From Parcubacteria group bacterium (lineage in GTDB: Bacteria; Patescibacteriota; Minisyncoccia; JACPHC01): a DNA stretch of 64,000 nucleotides. Where the stretch lies: the NCBI GenBank assembly GCA_016188775.1, contig JACPHC010000007.1:28097-92096 (forward strand), read 5' to 3'. The notes beneath the pieces were generated by a model. It saw only the letters and a list, made by a program, of their open reading frames with translations, had not been told where the DNA came from and did no database searches. Positions 44,579 through 53,586 of the stretch are shown in pieces (positions within the stretch are counted from its first letter, which is position 1; each line of letters opens with the position of its first letter). Both the position numbers and the translations under genes were made by a program.

Positions 44579-45439
44579 GTGATTAAAAGAATCGCGTTTT
44601 TATTGATTATTTTTTTATTTTTCGGCCTAAAAGAATCTTTTTCTTTGCCGAATTTGCCCGAGGAAATATTTTTTGCCGGCCAAAAAATTGATCTTGAAAA
44701 AACCCGATATTTAAAAGAAAGAGTGGAAGCCGAATTTTATGATTATTTACAAGACAAAGAGAGCGTTTTAACAGCTAAAAGAGCCGGCCGATATTTTCCA
44801 ATTTTTGAAAAAGCTCTAGCCGAAGCCGGTCTTGACGAAGATTGGAAATATTTAGCCATAACCGAGAGCAATTTGAAGCCAATGGCCGGGTCCATGGCCA
44901 ATGCCAGCGGTCTTTGGCAATTTATTCCTTCAACAGGAAAACGTTTTGGTTTAAAAATCAACGCGATTATTGATGAACGTTATGATCCGGTTTTGGCGAG
45001 CGAGGCCGCGGTAAAATATATCAAAGAACTTCTTTCCCTATTTAATAATGATATTTTTTTGGCTATGGCTGGCTATAACGCCGGTGAAAATAATATTACC
45101 AACGCTTTAAAACAGCAGGGGATAAAAGATTTTTGGTCGCTTTATTATAGAAATAAAAATTATCCACACAATGAAACGTTGCGATACGTTCCCAGAGTTA
45201 TTGCGGCAAAAATAATTTTTTCCGATATCGATCGTTATTTCGGCTTATCCGAAAGTGAGCTTTACAAGCCATTTGAATTTAACGAAATATCCGTGGAAGT
45301 TAAGGAAAAATTAAAATCTTTGGTTGAAATAGCTAAAGAGCATAGCAGCGCTTTATTGGATTTAAAAACTTTAAATCCTCAAATAAAAACCGATTATCTT
45401 CCTCGCGGAAAATATAAAATAAAATTTCCCGTGAAATAA
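44579..45439 (+). CDS. Lytic transglycosylase (MltD/SLT-like)
   Basis: LAITES, GLWQF, YNAGE, ET.RYVP. Confidence 0.9.
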   Translation: MIKRIAFLLIIFLFFGLKESFSLPNLPEEIFFAGQKIDLEKTRYLKERVEAEFYDYLQDKESVLTAKRAGRYFPIFEKALAEAGLDEDWKYLAITESNLKPMAGSMANASGLWQFIPSTGKRFGLKINAIIDERYDPVLASEAAVKYIKELLSLFNNDIFLAMAGYNAGENNITNALKQQGIKDFWSLYYRNKNYPHNETLRYVPRVIAAKIIFSDIDRYFGLSESELYKPFEFNEISVEVKEKLKSLVEIAKEHSSALLDLKTLNPQIKTDYLPRGKYKIKFPVK

Positions 45440-45513
45440 ACCCGTTCTATTTTTAGGACGGGTTTTGTGTTAGAATAAAGAAAAAGAATATTATTGTCTT
45501 TAAAGTCAAAAAA

Positions 45514-45912
45514 ATGGAAAAAATAATAATCCAAACAAAAAAATTTAAAGAGATCGTTGATTTAACCGATTTAATCAATAAAAAGATTCAAGAAGATAAA
45601 TTTGAAGAGGGGCTTTGTCATTTGTTTTTGCTTCACACAACCGCGGCTTTAACTTGCGCGGATTTGGATCCGGGAACGGATTTGGATATGTTTGACGCTT
45701 TTGAAGCAATAATGCCGAAATTAAAATATCGCCATTCGCATAATCCGGCTCACACGCCCGATCACATTCTTTCGGCCATGATTGGAGTTTCGCTTTTCGT
45801 TCCCGTTAGAGACGGAAATTTAGAGCTTGGCGAATGGCAAAGAGCGGTCTTGATAGAGCTTGACGGGCCGCGCGAAAGAGAAGTTGCCATCTCTTACGTT
45901 AAAACATTTTAA
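45514..45912 (+). CDS. yjbQ: YjbQ family protein
   Basis: HTTA, Y.H, H, LGEWQ, ELDGPR. Confidence 0.9.
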   Translation: MEKIIIQTKKFKEIVDLTDLINKKIQEDKFEEGLCHLFLLHTTAALTCADLDPGTDLDMFDAFEAIMPKLKYRHSHNPAHTPDHILSAMIGVSLFVPVRDGNLELGEWQRAVLIELDGPREREVAISYVKTF

Positions 45913-45920
45913 TATATTAA

Positions 45921-46017
45921 CCCCGTTAGAAATTATAATGCTGATTTCGCGGAGAGAGATATTAAATATCGAGTTAAAAAAATATGGAAATACAAAAGCA
46001 AAAAATTTCTAATGGGG
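45921..46017. mobile_element. CCCCGTTAGAAAT..ATTTCTAATGGGG TIR element at the gdh start
   Basis: 13-bp TIR; flanks TTAA / TGAA. Confidence 0.75.
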
Positions 46018-47282
46018 TGAAAGAAATTATTTCCGAATTTGAATCTCCGATGCACAAAATCGCCAAAGAGCAGTTCGAAGAAGCGGCTGAAATTTTAAAC
46101 TTGGATCCGAATTTAAGAGACCGGCTAAAAAAGCCCGCTCGGGCTTTGGTGGTTTCTGTTCCCATTAAAATGGATAACGGCCGAGTGGAAGTTTTTCAGG
46201 GTTATCGGGTTCAGCATGATAGTGTTCTGGGGCCGACCAAGGGCGGAATTCGGTATCACCCCGATGTTAATTTAGGCGAAGTGGCGGCTTTGGCGATGTG
46301 GATGACTTGGAAGTGCGCTTTAGTCGGGCTTCCTTATGGCGGAGCCAAAGGAGGTATTCGGGTTGATCCTAATAAATTATCCATAAACGAACTGGAACGG
46401 CTGACCAGAAGGTTTACCGCTGAAATTTTTCCGTTGATCGGTCCGACTCAAGATATTCCGGCTCCGGACGTCGGCACTAACGATCAAATAATGGCTTGGA
46501 TGATGGATACTTATTCCCAGCAAATCGGTTATTCCGTGCCCGGCGTTGTCACCGGCAAGCCGATTTCCATCGGCGGCACTTACGGCCGGCCTGAAGCCAC
46601 GGGTCAGGGTTTGGTTTATGTGATTTTGGAAACTTTGAAAAATATGAAAATTTCGCCCAAAAATTCAACGGCCGTTATTCAGGGATTTGGCAATGTTGGA
46701 GAAAATGTAGCTCGGCTTTTGAGCGAACAAGGCGTTAAAATAATAGCCGTCTCGGACATCCAAGGCGGTATTTATAATAAAAGAGGGCTTAATATTAGCG
46801 AGGTTATAAAATATAAAGAAAAAAATAAAATTTTGCGAGGTTTTCCCAACGCTCAAAATATCACCAACGATGAATTATTGGAACTTTCAGCGACTATTCT
46901 TTGTCCGGCCGCCCTTTCCGGAGTCATTACTGAAAAAAACGCCGATAAAATTAAAGCAAAAGTATTAGTCGAAGGAGCCAATGGTCCGACAACCCCTGGG
47001 GCGGATAAAATTTTAAATAAAAAGAATATATTTATTATTCCGGACATTCTTGCCAATTCCGGCGGCGTGATTGTTTCTTATTTTGAATGGGTGCAGGACA
47101 TCGAGTCGTATTTTTGGGATATAGAGGAAATTAACAAGAAATTGTTTAAAATTATTACCTCGGCGTTTTATCGGGTTTGGGATTTTTCTAAAAAGAAAAA
47201 AGTTTCAATGCGCCAAGCCGCGTTAATGTCTGGCATAAATAAAATCGCCGAAGCGCATAAATTAAGAGGGCTTTATCCCTAA
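45984..47282 (+). CDS. gdhA: Glu/Leu/Phe/Val dehydrogenase (start may be GTG 46017)
   Basis: GPTKGGIR, GGAKGG, PAPDVGT, GFGNVG, EGANGP. Confidence 0.95.
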   Translation: MEIQKQKISNGVKEIISEFESPMHKIAKEQFEEAAEILNLDPNLRDRLKKPARALVVSVPIKMDNGRVEVFQGYRVQHDSVLGPTKGGIRYHPDVNLGEVAALAMWMTWKCALVGLPYGGAKGGIRVDPNKLSINELERLTRRFTAEIFPLIGPTQDIPAPDVGTNDQIMAWMMDTYSQQIGYSVPGVVTGKPISIGGTYGRPEATGQGLVYVILETLKNMKISPKNSTAVIQGFGNVGENVARLLSEQGVKIIAVSDIQGGIYNKRGLNISEVIKYKEKNKILRGFPNAQNITNDELLELSATILCPAALSGVITEKNADKIKAKVLVEGANGPTTPGADKILNKKNIFIIPDILANSGGVIVSYFEWVQDIESYFWDIEEINKKLFKIITSAFYRVWDFSKKKKVSMRQAALMSGINKIAEAHKLRGLYP

Positions 47283-47320
47283 AAATCAAAAACTCCGCAA
47301 AAGCGGAGTTTTTGATTTTT
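47281..47320. terminator. Bidirectional intrinsic terminator
   Basis: AAAATCAAAAACTCCGC-aaaa-GCGGAGTTTTTGATTTT between convergent genes. Confidence 0.8.
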
Positions 47321-47334
47321 ACTTTTTCTATCTG

Positions 47335-47760
47335 TTAATTGGCTTTTACGTCATCTCCAGCGCTGTCAGCTTTGCCGGTGGCAGGAGGCTTACAGGCGCC
47401 ATTATCTGTTTTGAAAGTATTCCAAGCTGATTTTCTAGAAACGCTTAATATTTGAGTGGCGCTCTTTCTTGAATCTCTCCATTTTTTCCAGGCGTCTTTG
47501 CGAGCGGTTTTTACTTCGCCCACGGTTGATTTACCCCAGGCGGCCACTAAATCAGTCTTAAGAGTGGTGCGAGCTGTTTTTACGGCCGCGGTCCAAACGT
47601 CATAACTAGTCATGAGCGCGTCCTCGCGCTTGGTAACCGCGGTTTGCATGCAAGTTTGCTGATCCGTTGTTAAGGTATCCGTGTCTGAAACCGCTAAAGC
47701 GGGAATGACTCCGGTAAACATCCAAATTAAGGCAGTTAATGATGCGATTATTTTTTTCAT
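47335..47760 (-). CDS. Secreted helical protein with a Cys pair
   Basis: Signal peptide; CMQTAV.KRE; AW repeats. Confidence 0.6.
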   Translation of the reverse strand: MKKIIASLTALIWMFTGVIPALAVSDTDTLTTDQQTCMQTAVTKREDALMTSYDVWTAAVKTARTTLKTDLVAAWGKSTVGEVKTARKDAWKKWRDSRKSATQILSVSRKSAWNTFKTDNGACKPPATGKADSAGDDVKAN

Positions 47761-47817
47761 GGTTTTAAATTAATATTAAATCAATAATTCGACCTTTTAA
47801 ACTAATCATATTATATT

Positions 47818-48531
47818 TTAAAGCATATTACCTTTTTCCGCAATTTCTTGAAAGAGTTTATAAACTTCTTTTAGCTGGGTTTTTAATGAATCTATGGCTA
47901 TTTTTATTTCTGGCAATTTTTTATTTGAAAGATTTTTTTCAGCGTCACTATTTTCAATTGAGTTTTTCAATGCAATCACCTGATTTTTGATGGAAGCGAT
48001 TTTAGTGTTCGCGCTATTAAGAATTATTTCCAAGCTCGTTACGTCTTTTCCGTTATTTTTAAGCTCCGAGATTTTATTTTTAATTTTTTCGTTTCTAGTT
48101 TCAGCGTTATCGATAATGTTTTTTTCAAATTTTTCAATTAAAGGAAGCAATTGCGATTTTCTTGTTTGTGGAATATTTTTCCGATACTTTTTTAATTCTC
48201 CGGATATTTTTTTTAGATCTTCTTCTGATTTAACCGATTCGATTTTAATAGCGAGCGGCCTTGCGAGTATCTCATTAATTTGATTAAGCTGCTCTTTTCG
48301 ATTTTCAAAGATTTGTTTTTCAATATCTGGCAATTTTTTTATGGAGTTTTTTTCTTTTTCTTGTTTTAGCCTGCTGAAATTTTTTCTTTTTTCACGAAAT
48401 TTATCAAAAACGTCTTGAAAAAAGAGCCGCGCTTTAATTTCTGGTTTTTTAGCTGACGCGGAAACGGTGGATATTCCGATTATTATTAAAATCAAGACCG
48501 TAATTATTATGAATTTTTTTAAATTTTTCAT
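47818..48531 (-). CDS. Secreted coiled-coil protein
   Basis: Signal peptide; Lys/Glu-rich helices; GKDV..L motif. Confidence 0.55.
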   Translation of the reverse strand: MKNLKKFIIITVLILIIIGISTVSASAKKPEIKARLFFQDVFDKFREKRKNFSRLKQEKEKNSIKKLPDIEKQIFENRKEQLNQINEILARPLAIKIESVKSEEDLKKISGELKKYRKNIPQTRKSQLLPLIEKFEKNIIDNAETRNEKIKNKISELKNNGKDVTSLEIILNSANTKIASIKNQVIALKNSIENSDAEKNLSNKKLPEIKIAIDSLKTQLKEVYKLFQEIAEKGNML

Positions 48532-48554
48532 AATTTTTTACTTATTTATCAAAA

Positions 48555-49079
48555 TTAAAATTCTGATAATGCTAGATCAATTTCTTGCATAGCCGCTTCT
48601 TTTGAGAAAAAATCGTCTAAATCTGAATCAAAATTGTTTATTTTTTTTGATTCCGATTGAATCATGGCAAGTTCAAAAACATCCGTTTTTTGAGTCCTGA
48701 AATTAAAAACTGTCAAAGCCAAAAGAATTATAAGCGCGATTCCGGTTGGAAAAAAAATTAGTCGATTGGAGAGGATAGATCTAAATGATTTTGAAAATTT
48801 TTGAAGAGAGAACTTAAAAAGATAACGAATATCTTTTTTGTTTGTGACATTTTCTGATGATAAAGAGATGGAGGCGAGGATTTCGGATAAAAGTTGTTTC
48901 GGCGGAGCGATGTTATCTCTTTGTTTTTTAATCAGCCGCACAATTTCAAAATTTTCTTTGAGATAATCTTTGTCGTCCGGGAAAATTCTCAAAATTTCCG
49001 GAATGGTTTTCCCTTTTTCAATCAATCCAAAAGCTTTATTTAATATTTTTTCTTTTTTTTCTTGTTCGAATTGATTCAT
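48555..49079 (-). CDS. Putative anti-sigma factor
   Basis: Overlaps the ECF sigma stop; single TM. Confidence 0.55.
   Translation of the reverse strand: MNQFEQEKKEKILNKAFGLIEKGKTIPEILRIFPDDKDYLKENFEIVRLIKKQRDNIAPPKQLLSEILASISLSSENVTNKKDIRYLFKFSLQKFSKSFRSILSNRLIFFPTGIALIILLALTVFNFRTQKTDVFELAMIQSESKKINNFDSDLDDFFSKEAAMQEIDLALSEF
48822..48849 (-). promoter_or_regulatory. Putative ECF promoter inside the anti-sigma gene
   Basis: TGTCAC-N16-CGTTAT. Confidence 0.55.
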
Positions 49080-49645
49080 ATTAATTTTTTATTTTTCAAA
49101 TATTGGCGAATTGTTTTAAGCGCCCGGCATTGAATTTGCCTGACTGTTTCTTCTTTTTTCCCCAAAATTCCGGCGATTTCTTTATTAGTCAAATCATTAA
49201 TGAATTTTAAAATAATAACCGTTTGCTGTTCTTCTTTCAAAAATTGGATTGCCTGATAAATTATTTTTTGGTCCTCTTTTTCTTTTAATGATTCTTCTAA
49301 TGTCTGACGAGGCGTTTGAAGTATGTCTTGGTTGTTCGTGAGGATTTCTTTTTTCTTTCGCCAATAATCTATTAAAGTGTTTCTTGCTACCGTAAAAAAA
49401 TAGGCAAGCGGCGTTTTATTTTTTTCTTGGAATCTACCGATGGATTTATAAACTTTTATAAAAACATCCTGCGTTAAATCTTCAGTCACGGTTTTATTTT
49501 TTAATCTGAAATAGATATAGCGAAAAACCGGCGTGAAATAGAGACGATATAGATTATCGAAAGCCGTTTTATCGCCTATTTTCGCCATCATCATTAAATT
49601 TTTCGGATCCTCGGTAATTTCTTCTTTAAAAAAACTAATTTTCAT
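49076..49645 (-). CDS. ECF RNA polymerase sigma factor
   Basis: EDLTQDVF, ARN.LID, EIA.ILG region 4. Confidence 0.93.
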   Translation of the reverse strand: MKISFFKEEITEDPKNLMMMAKIGDKTAFDNLYRLYFTPVFRYIYFRLKNKTVTEDLTQDVFIKVYKSIGRFQEKNKTPLAYFFTVARNTLIDYWRKKKEILTNNQDILQTPRQTLEESLKEKEDQKIIYQAIQFLKEEQQTVIILKFINDLTNKEIAGILGKKEETVRQIQCRALKTIRQYLKNKKLI

Positions 49646-49651
49646 GGAAAT

Positions 49652-49679
49652 ATAACGAATAAAGTTTCAATACGTGACA
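49652..49679 (-). promoter_or_regulatory. Putative autoregulatory ECF promoter
   Basis: TGTCAC-N16-CGTTAT, 6 nt before the sigma ATG. Confidence 0.6.
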
Positions 49680-49689
49680 GCTAAATCGG

Positions 49690-51300
49690 CTAATTGGATT
49701 CGGATTTTTTCATTATTTTATAAACCGCGAAAAGAATTAAAGAAGCGATAATGACAGCGCCGGCGCCCAAAAGCGTTTTTAAATTTTCTTTTTGAATTAT
49801 TCCAGAGATACTTGCCGCGATTTGAGACTGAATGGGACTGTTTATTTCTGATTTTAAATCGGCAAGATTTATCGGCGCCGGAGATGATTTTTGAATTTGT
49901 TTTTCTAAAATTACCTTATTAACCGGCATTTTAACGCTGTTTTTATTTTCCGGTTCTTCGGCTGAATTAAAAATATTTTTCCCGCCGGGCGTCGAATTTT
50001 CCGTCCAGCTGAAAGTCCCGTCGGTTTTTCGTCCGGCTGAAAATCCTTCCAGGGCTTTGTCGTAGGCGATTTTATCGGCTATTTCGCCATTGGGATAAAT
50101 AAGATCAATTTCGCCGCCTTTATTATTTAGGGCTAATTTAGTCGTTGGTCGGGATAAAATAAGATAGCCTTTGCCTGAAATAAAAGTTTCTTCGTGAAAA
50201 ATAAAAGCTTTTGAACCGTCCGGCCCGTCGTCTAATTTCCATTGGCTTAAATTTATCAGCCGATTGTTATCATTAAAAATTTCTATCCATTCGGCCTCAA
50301 TGTCTTTGCCGATAGGCGATGGCATAAATTCGTTAATAAAAATGCCCGTTGGCAATATTTGGACGTTTAGCTGATCGGTTTTTGCGGCAACGCCGTCCGA
50401 GATGATTAAAGCGGCAATATAATCGCCTTCATATTTATAATTATGCTCGATTTTTATGCCTTCGCCGGTTTGGCCGTCTCCAAAATTCCATTTATAAGTC
50501 AGTTGAGAATTATTTGGATTTGAGGAATTTGAACCGTCAAAAATAACCGTTTGGCCGGCTTTAGCTTGAACATCTTTTCCGGCATCAGCGGTAAAAGATT
50601 CGGGCGAATTAATCGATTGCGTCTCGGGTGTTGGCAAAGAAGTTTGATTTGAAGAAGAAGTTTGAGTCGTTGTTGCATTGATTGAATTATCAGTTTGAAT
50701 TGTTTGAATCGTTAAAATAGAATTTTGCGATCTGGGAGTGCCGATAATTGGATTTCCAAGCGCGTCTTTTCCGTTAATGGTTATCTGATTATTTGTTTGC
50801 CACGATCCATCAGTTGCTTTTTCCATTGAAGCTTTTAAATCATTCTTTCCGGCTGGCCAGACGGACAAAGCGTCGATTTCATCAATAATATTTCCAGCGG
50901 CGTCTTTTAAAACAAGACGTTCTCCGGCATTGGCCAGCCCGTTTCCGTCGCCAAATGATCCAGAAACATCGGCCTTAATATCGGAAATCGTGCTGTCATC
51001 GGTGCGTTCAATTAAATAATAATTATTAGGAGAAATATTTCCGACCAAAGAAATAATTTTTGTATCTCCGCCGGCCTCGTAAAGAACCCAACCTTCTAAA
51101 TTTATCGTCTCGGAAGTCTTATTGAAAAGTTCAATCCATTCGTCCGAAAAGCTCGCCTTTGTTCCCATCCAGGCGACTTCATTTATAATGACGTCGCCGG
51201 TCGCGGTTCCGTAAGAAATTTTTGGGAAAAAAATAAAATAAAAAGAGATAAAAAATAAACCGGCGCCAGATAGTATAATTTTTAGCGATTTTCTTTTCAT
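49690..51300 (-). CDS. Lamin-tail-domain x2 + PKD surface protein (start revised to ATG 51300)
   Basis: INEV..EWIEL.N twice, GTP, YKWNFGDG, C-terminal TM. Confidence 0.8.
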   Translation of the reverse strand: MKRKSLKIILSGAGLFFISFYFIFFPKISYGTATGDVIINEVAWMGTKASFSDEWIELFNKTSETINLEGWVLYEAGGDTKIISLVGNISPNNYYLIERTDDSTISDIKADVSGSFGDGNGLANAGERLVLKDAAGNIIDEIDALSVWPAGKNDLKASMEKATDGSWQTNNQITINGKDALGNPIIGTPRSQNSILTIQTIQTDNSINATTTQTSSSNQTSLPTPETQSINSPESFTADAGKDVQAKAGQTVIFDGSNSSNPNNSQLTYKWNFGDGQTGEGIKIEHNYKYEGDYIAALIISDGVAAKTDQLNVQILPTGIFINEFMPSPIGKDIEAEWIEIFNDNNRLINLSQWKLDDGPDGSKAFIFHEETFISGKGYLILSRPTTKLALNNKGGEIDLIYPNGEIADKIAYDKALEGFSAGRKTDGTFSWTENSTPGGKNIFNSAEEPENKNSVKMPVNKVILEKQIQKSSPAPINLADLKSEINSPIQSQIAASISGIIQKENLKTLLGAGAVIIASLILFAVYKIMKKSESN

Positions 51301-51399
51301 ACGCGTCAATATAAATATCAAACTAAATTTAGTCAAGACAAATTTAACAAACAGAAAATAAAGCGTTAGATTAATTTTCATTATTCATCGGAAGGTTTC

Positions 51400-51463
51400 A
51401 AAATCAATTATAGCATTTTCTTTCATACTACGTAGTATGAAAGAAAATGCTATAATTGATTTT
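51400..51463. promoter_or_regulatory. 64-bp perfect palindrome with divergent extended -10 boxes
   Basis: 32-bp arms, no spacer, centre TACTAC|GTAGTA; TGCTATAAT on both strands. Confidence 0.75.
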
Positions 51464-51582
51464 TTTATCTTCTTAAAAGATTTTCTAATTATTTAAAGAG
51501 TTGATTTTTTTCTCATGCTTTTTTAAAAATAGCCTAGTTTGTTGACTTATTGATTTATATATTTATACTGAATTTTAATGAA

Positions 51583-51700
51583 TCCCGCACGGAGCCGCGA
51601 TCGCTTCTTCTTGGGATACGCATAAATATTATAAATTAGAAATTATAAAAATTAATACAAGCGGATTGCGTCTTTTGATCGCGATTTGCTTCGTACGGGA
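51583..51700. mobile_element. TCCCG..CGGGA TIR element on a start codon
   Basis: TIR TCCCGCACGGAGC / GCTTCGTACGGGA; TGAA duplicated. Confidence 0.8.
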
Positions 51701-52320
51701 TGAACCAGTTTTCCGAAAAAAATCTTAAATTAGCTATTGCTCTCCATCGTTTAACGACCTTTTTCCCCGAAGAAGAGATTCTGAAAAACCAGCTTCAAGA
51801 AAAAGCCAATGAAATATTTACTAATTCTTATTTGTTGGAAGAAGATGGCTTGAATCTGCCTGACGATAAGAGAATTGATGTTAAATATAATTTATTGGCC
51901 AGCCTTCGTTTAATGAACGGTTTTTTGCTTTTAGCCAAAAATTTGGATTTCCCCAAAAAAGAAAGCCTGGAAATATTGGAAAATGAATATCAGAAAATTT
52001 TCGAACAATTAAAGTATAAATTTGAAGAAAAAATTAACCATTTTGAAAGAGAAATTGATAGCGTTGAAAAAGAAAAGGAGCCGATTTTATCCCAGCTTTC
52101 TTCCCGACAATTAAGAATTATCAAAGAGATTAAGAAAAACAAAGAAATGCGAGTGGGGGATTTGGCCCATACTTTTGGAAACCGGTTTTCTCCCAAAACA
52201 TTTCAGCGGGAACTTCAAGAATTAATGGCTAGAGGATTAATTGAAAGAACCGGAGATTATAAAAACACTTATTATGTTTTATCCCGAGGGCTTGAAAAAG
52301 TTATAAACCCCGTTCATTAA
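51700..52320 (+). CDS. Helical-bundle + C-terminal DeoR-like winged HTH protein
   Basis: LSSRQ.RII...SPKTFQRELQELM..GLI...G...T.Y. Confidence 0.7.
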   Translation: MNQFSEKNLKLAIALHRLTTFFPEEEILKNQLQEKANEIFTNSYLLEEDGLNLPDDKRIDVKYNLLASLRLMNGFLLLAKNLDFPKKESLEILENEYQKIFEQLKYKFEEKINHFEREIDSVEKEKEPILSQLSSRQLRIIKEIKKNKEMRVGDLAHTFGNRFSPKTFQRELQELMARGLIERTGDYKNTYYVLSRGLEKVINPVH

Positions 52321-52332
52321 TCAGTAATTTTA

Positions 52333-52503
52333 CGGGACAATTCGGGACATTAATCGGACAATTTATCGGACAAAATATTGTGAAAGAAAATATTTATATT
52401 TGTCCGATAAAATTTATCGCTTTACTCAGATTTTAATTCAAAAATTTTTCAATTTTGTATATTAACAATTTATCAGACAATTTAAGACATTTGTCTGATA
52501 AAT
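52333..52503. repeat. Array of (TTTATC)GGACA direct and inverted repeats
   Basis: About 8 GGACA/AGACA/TGTCC/TGTCT units. Confidence 0.7.
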
Positions 52504-52588
52504 CGAGTTAAACTTTAATAATATACTTCATTACTCCTAAGCAAAACATTTTACTTGTCGTTGCGAGAAGGTATAAACCGACCCATTT

Positions 52589-52864
52589 GTCATCGCGAGG
52601 CGATAAAATCGCCGAAGCAATCTTTCAATGGTTATGAACTAAAAGCATTATTATATATACAATATACATACACATTAAAATATAACATTATAAAACTCGT
52701 TTATTACGAAACTTTTGACAGTCCGGAGGTAGCTATTCAAAGAAAAAAACAAACTAAAGGCGGTTCCCGTAAAAAGAAAATATATTTAATAAAAAGCATC
52801 AACCCTGAATTTAAAGATTTGAGTGATTCTCTTTGAGATTGCTTCGCCTTCGGCTCGCAATGAC
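52589..52864 (+). pseudogene. Truncated GIY-YIG nuclease flanked by GTCATYGCGAG REP-like arms
   Basis: KYNI.KLVYYE.F....AI.R.KQ.KGGSR.KK..LI...NPE.KDL; N-terminal GIY-YIG motifs absent. Confidence 0.8.
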
Positions 52865-52930
52865 AAATTAAAGTAAGATAATGTTCGCTTATCGGAAAAA
52901 TAACATTACAATTAAATGATATTTTCTGTC

Positions 52931-52998
52931 GTCATTGCGAGGCGATGAAATCGCCGAAGCAATCTCTCAATGACAAAGCAAATTCGGCTCGCAATGAC
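52931..52998. repeat. GTCATTGCGAG...CTCGCAATGAC repeat
   Basis: Same family as 23594-23911. Confidence 0.8.
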
Positions 52999-53586
52999 AA
53001 GGAGTGGCAGAATTGACATTTTTTGAATTTTAAAATAGAGTGTTTTTCGATTATTGTTTGTTCATTGTTTGACATTGAAAAATTTGTTATTATTAGTTTA
53101 TCAGGCTTTAAAAAAAGTTATCCACAGTTGTAGGCTTGCAGTGAAAAATAGAAGTCGCTATAATAATAAAGAAATGAATTTTAGTCGGCATTTTCTACGA
53201 TGATTAAGCCTTTTTGGCTTATTTTGACATTATAAATTTGAAAGCTTTGCCGGATATTGTTAAAATAAAATTAGCTTGCAATTCGCGAGTTATAATTTAT
53301 AAATTGTAATCCGCGAATTGCAAGTCCGGATCCTTGAAAATTAAATATGAAACAGTATGGTTGAGAGATAAAAGTATTATTAGTATTCTTAAATTTTTTT
53401 CTGTTTGTTAGCTTCGTGGTCGATGAAATTGGAAATCAAAAAAAGTCGAATTTTTTTGATTCAATAATTTCAGCTCTCTCTAAAAATTTGACATTATAAA
53501 TTAGAAAAATAAAATTGACAGGCTTAAGAAGATTGTCGGTTTTCTTAGCCTTGAAAAATTAATTAAAATTAAATCAAAATTAAATT

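Noticed and set aside
51400-51463. Protelomerase (telRL) hairpin-telomere site
   Set aside because: No protelomerase in the window, flanks are not mirrored beyond 64 bp, and related motifs sit in promoters; not excluded, but unsupported.
52900-53586. Replication origin
   Set aside because: Only one perfect DnaA box, and no dnaA or dnaN nearby.
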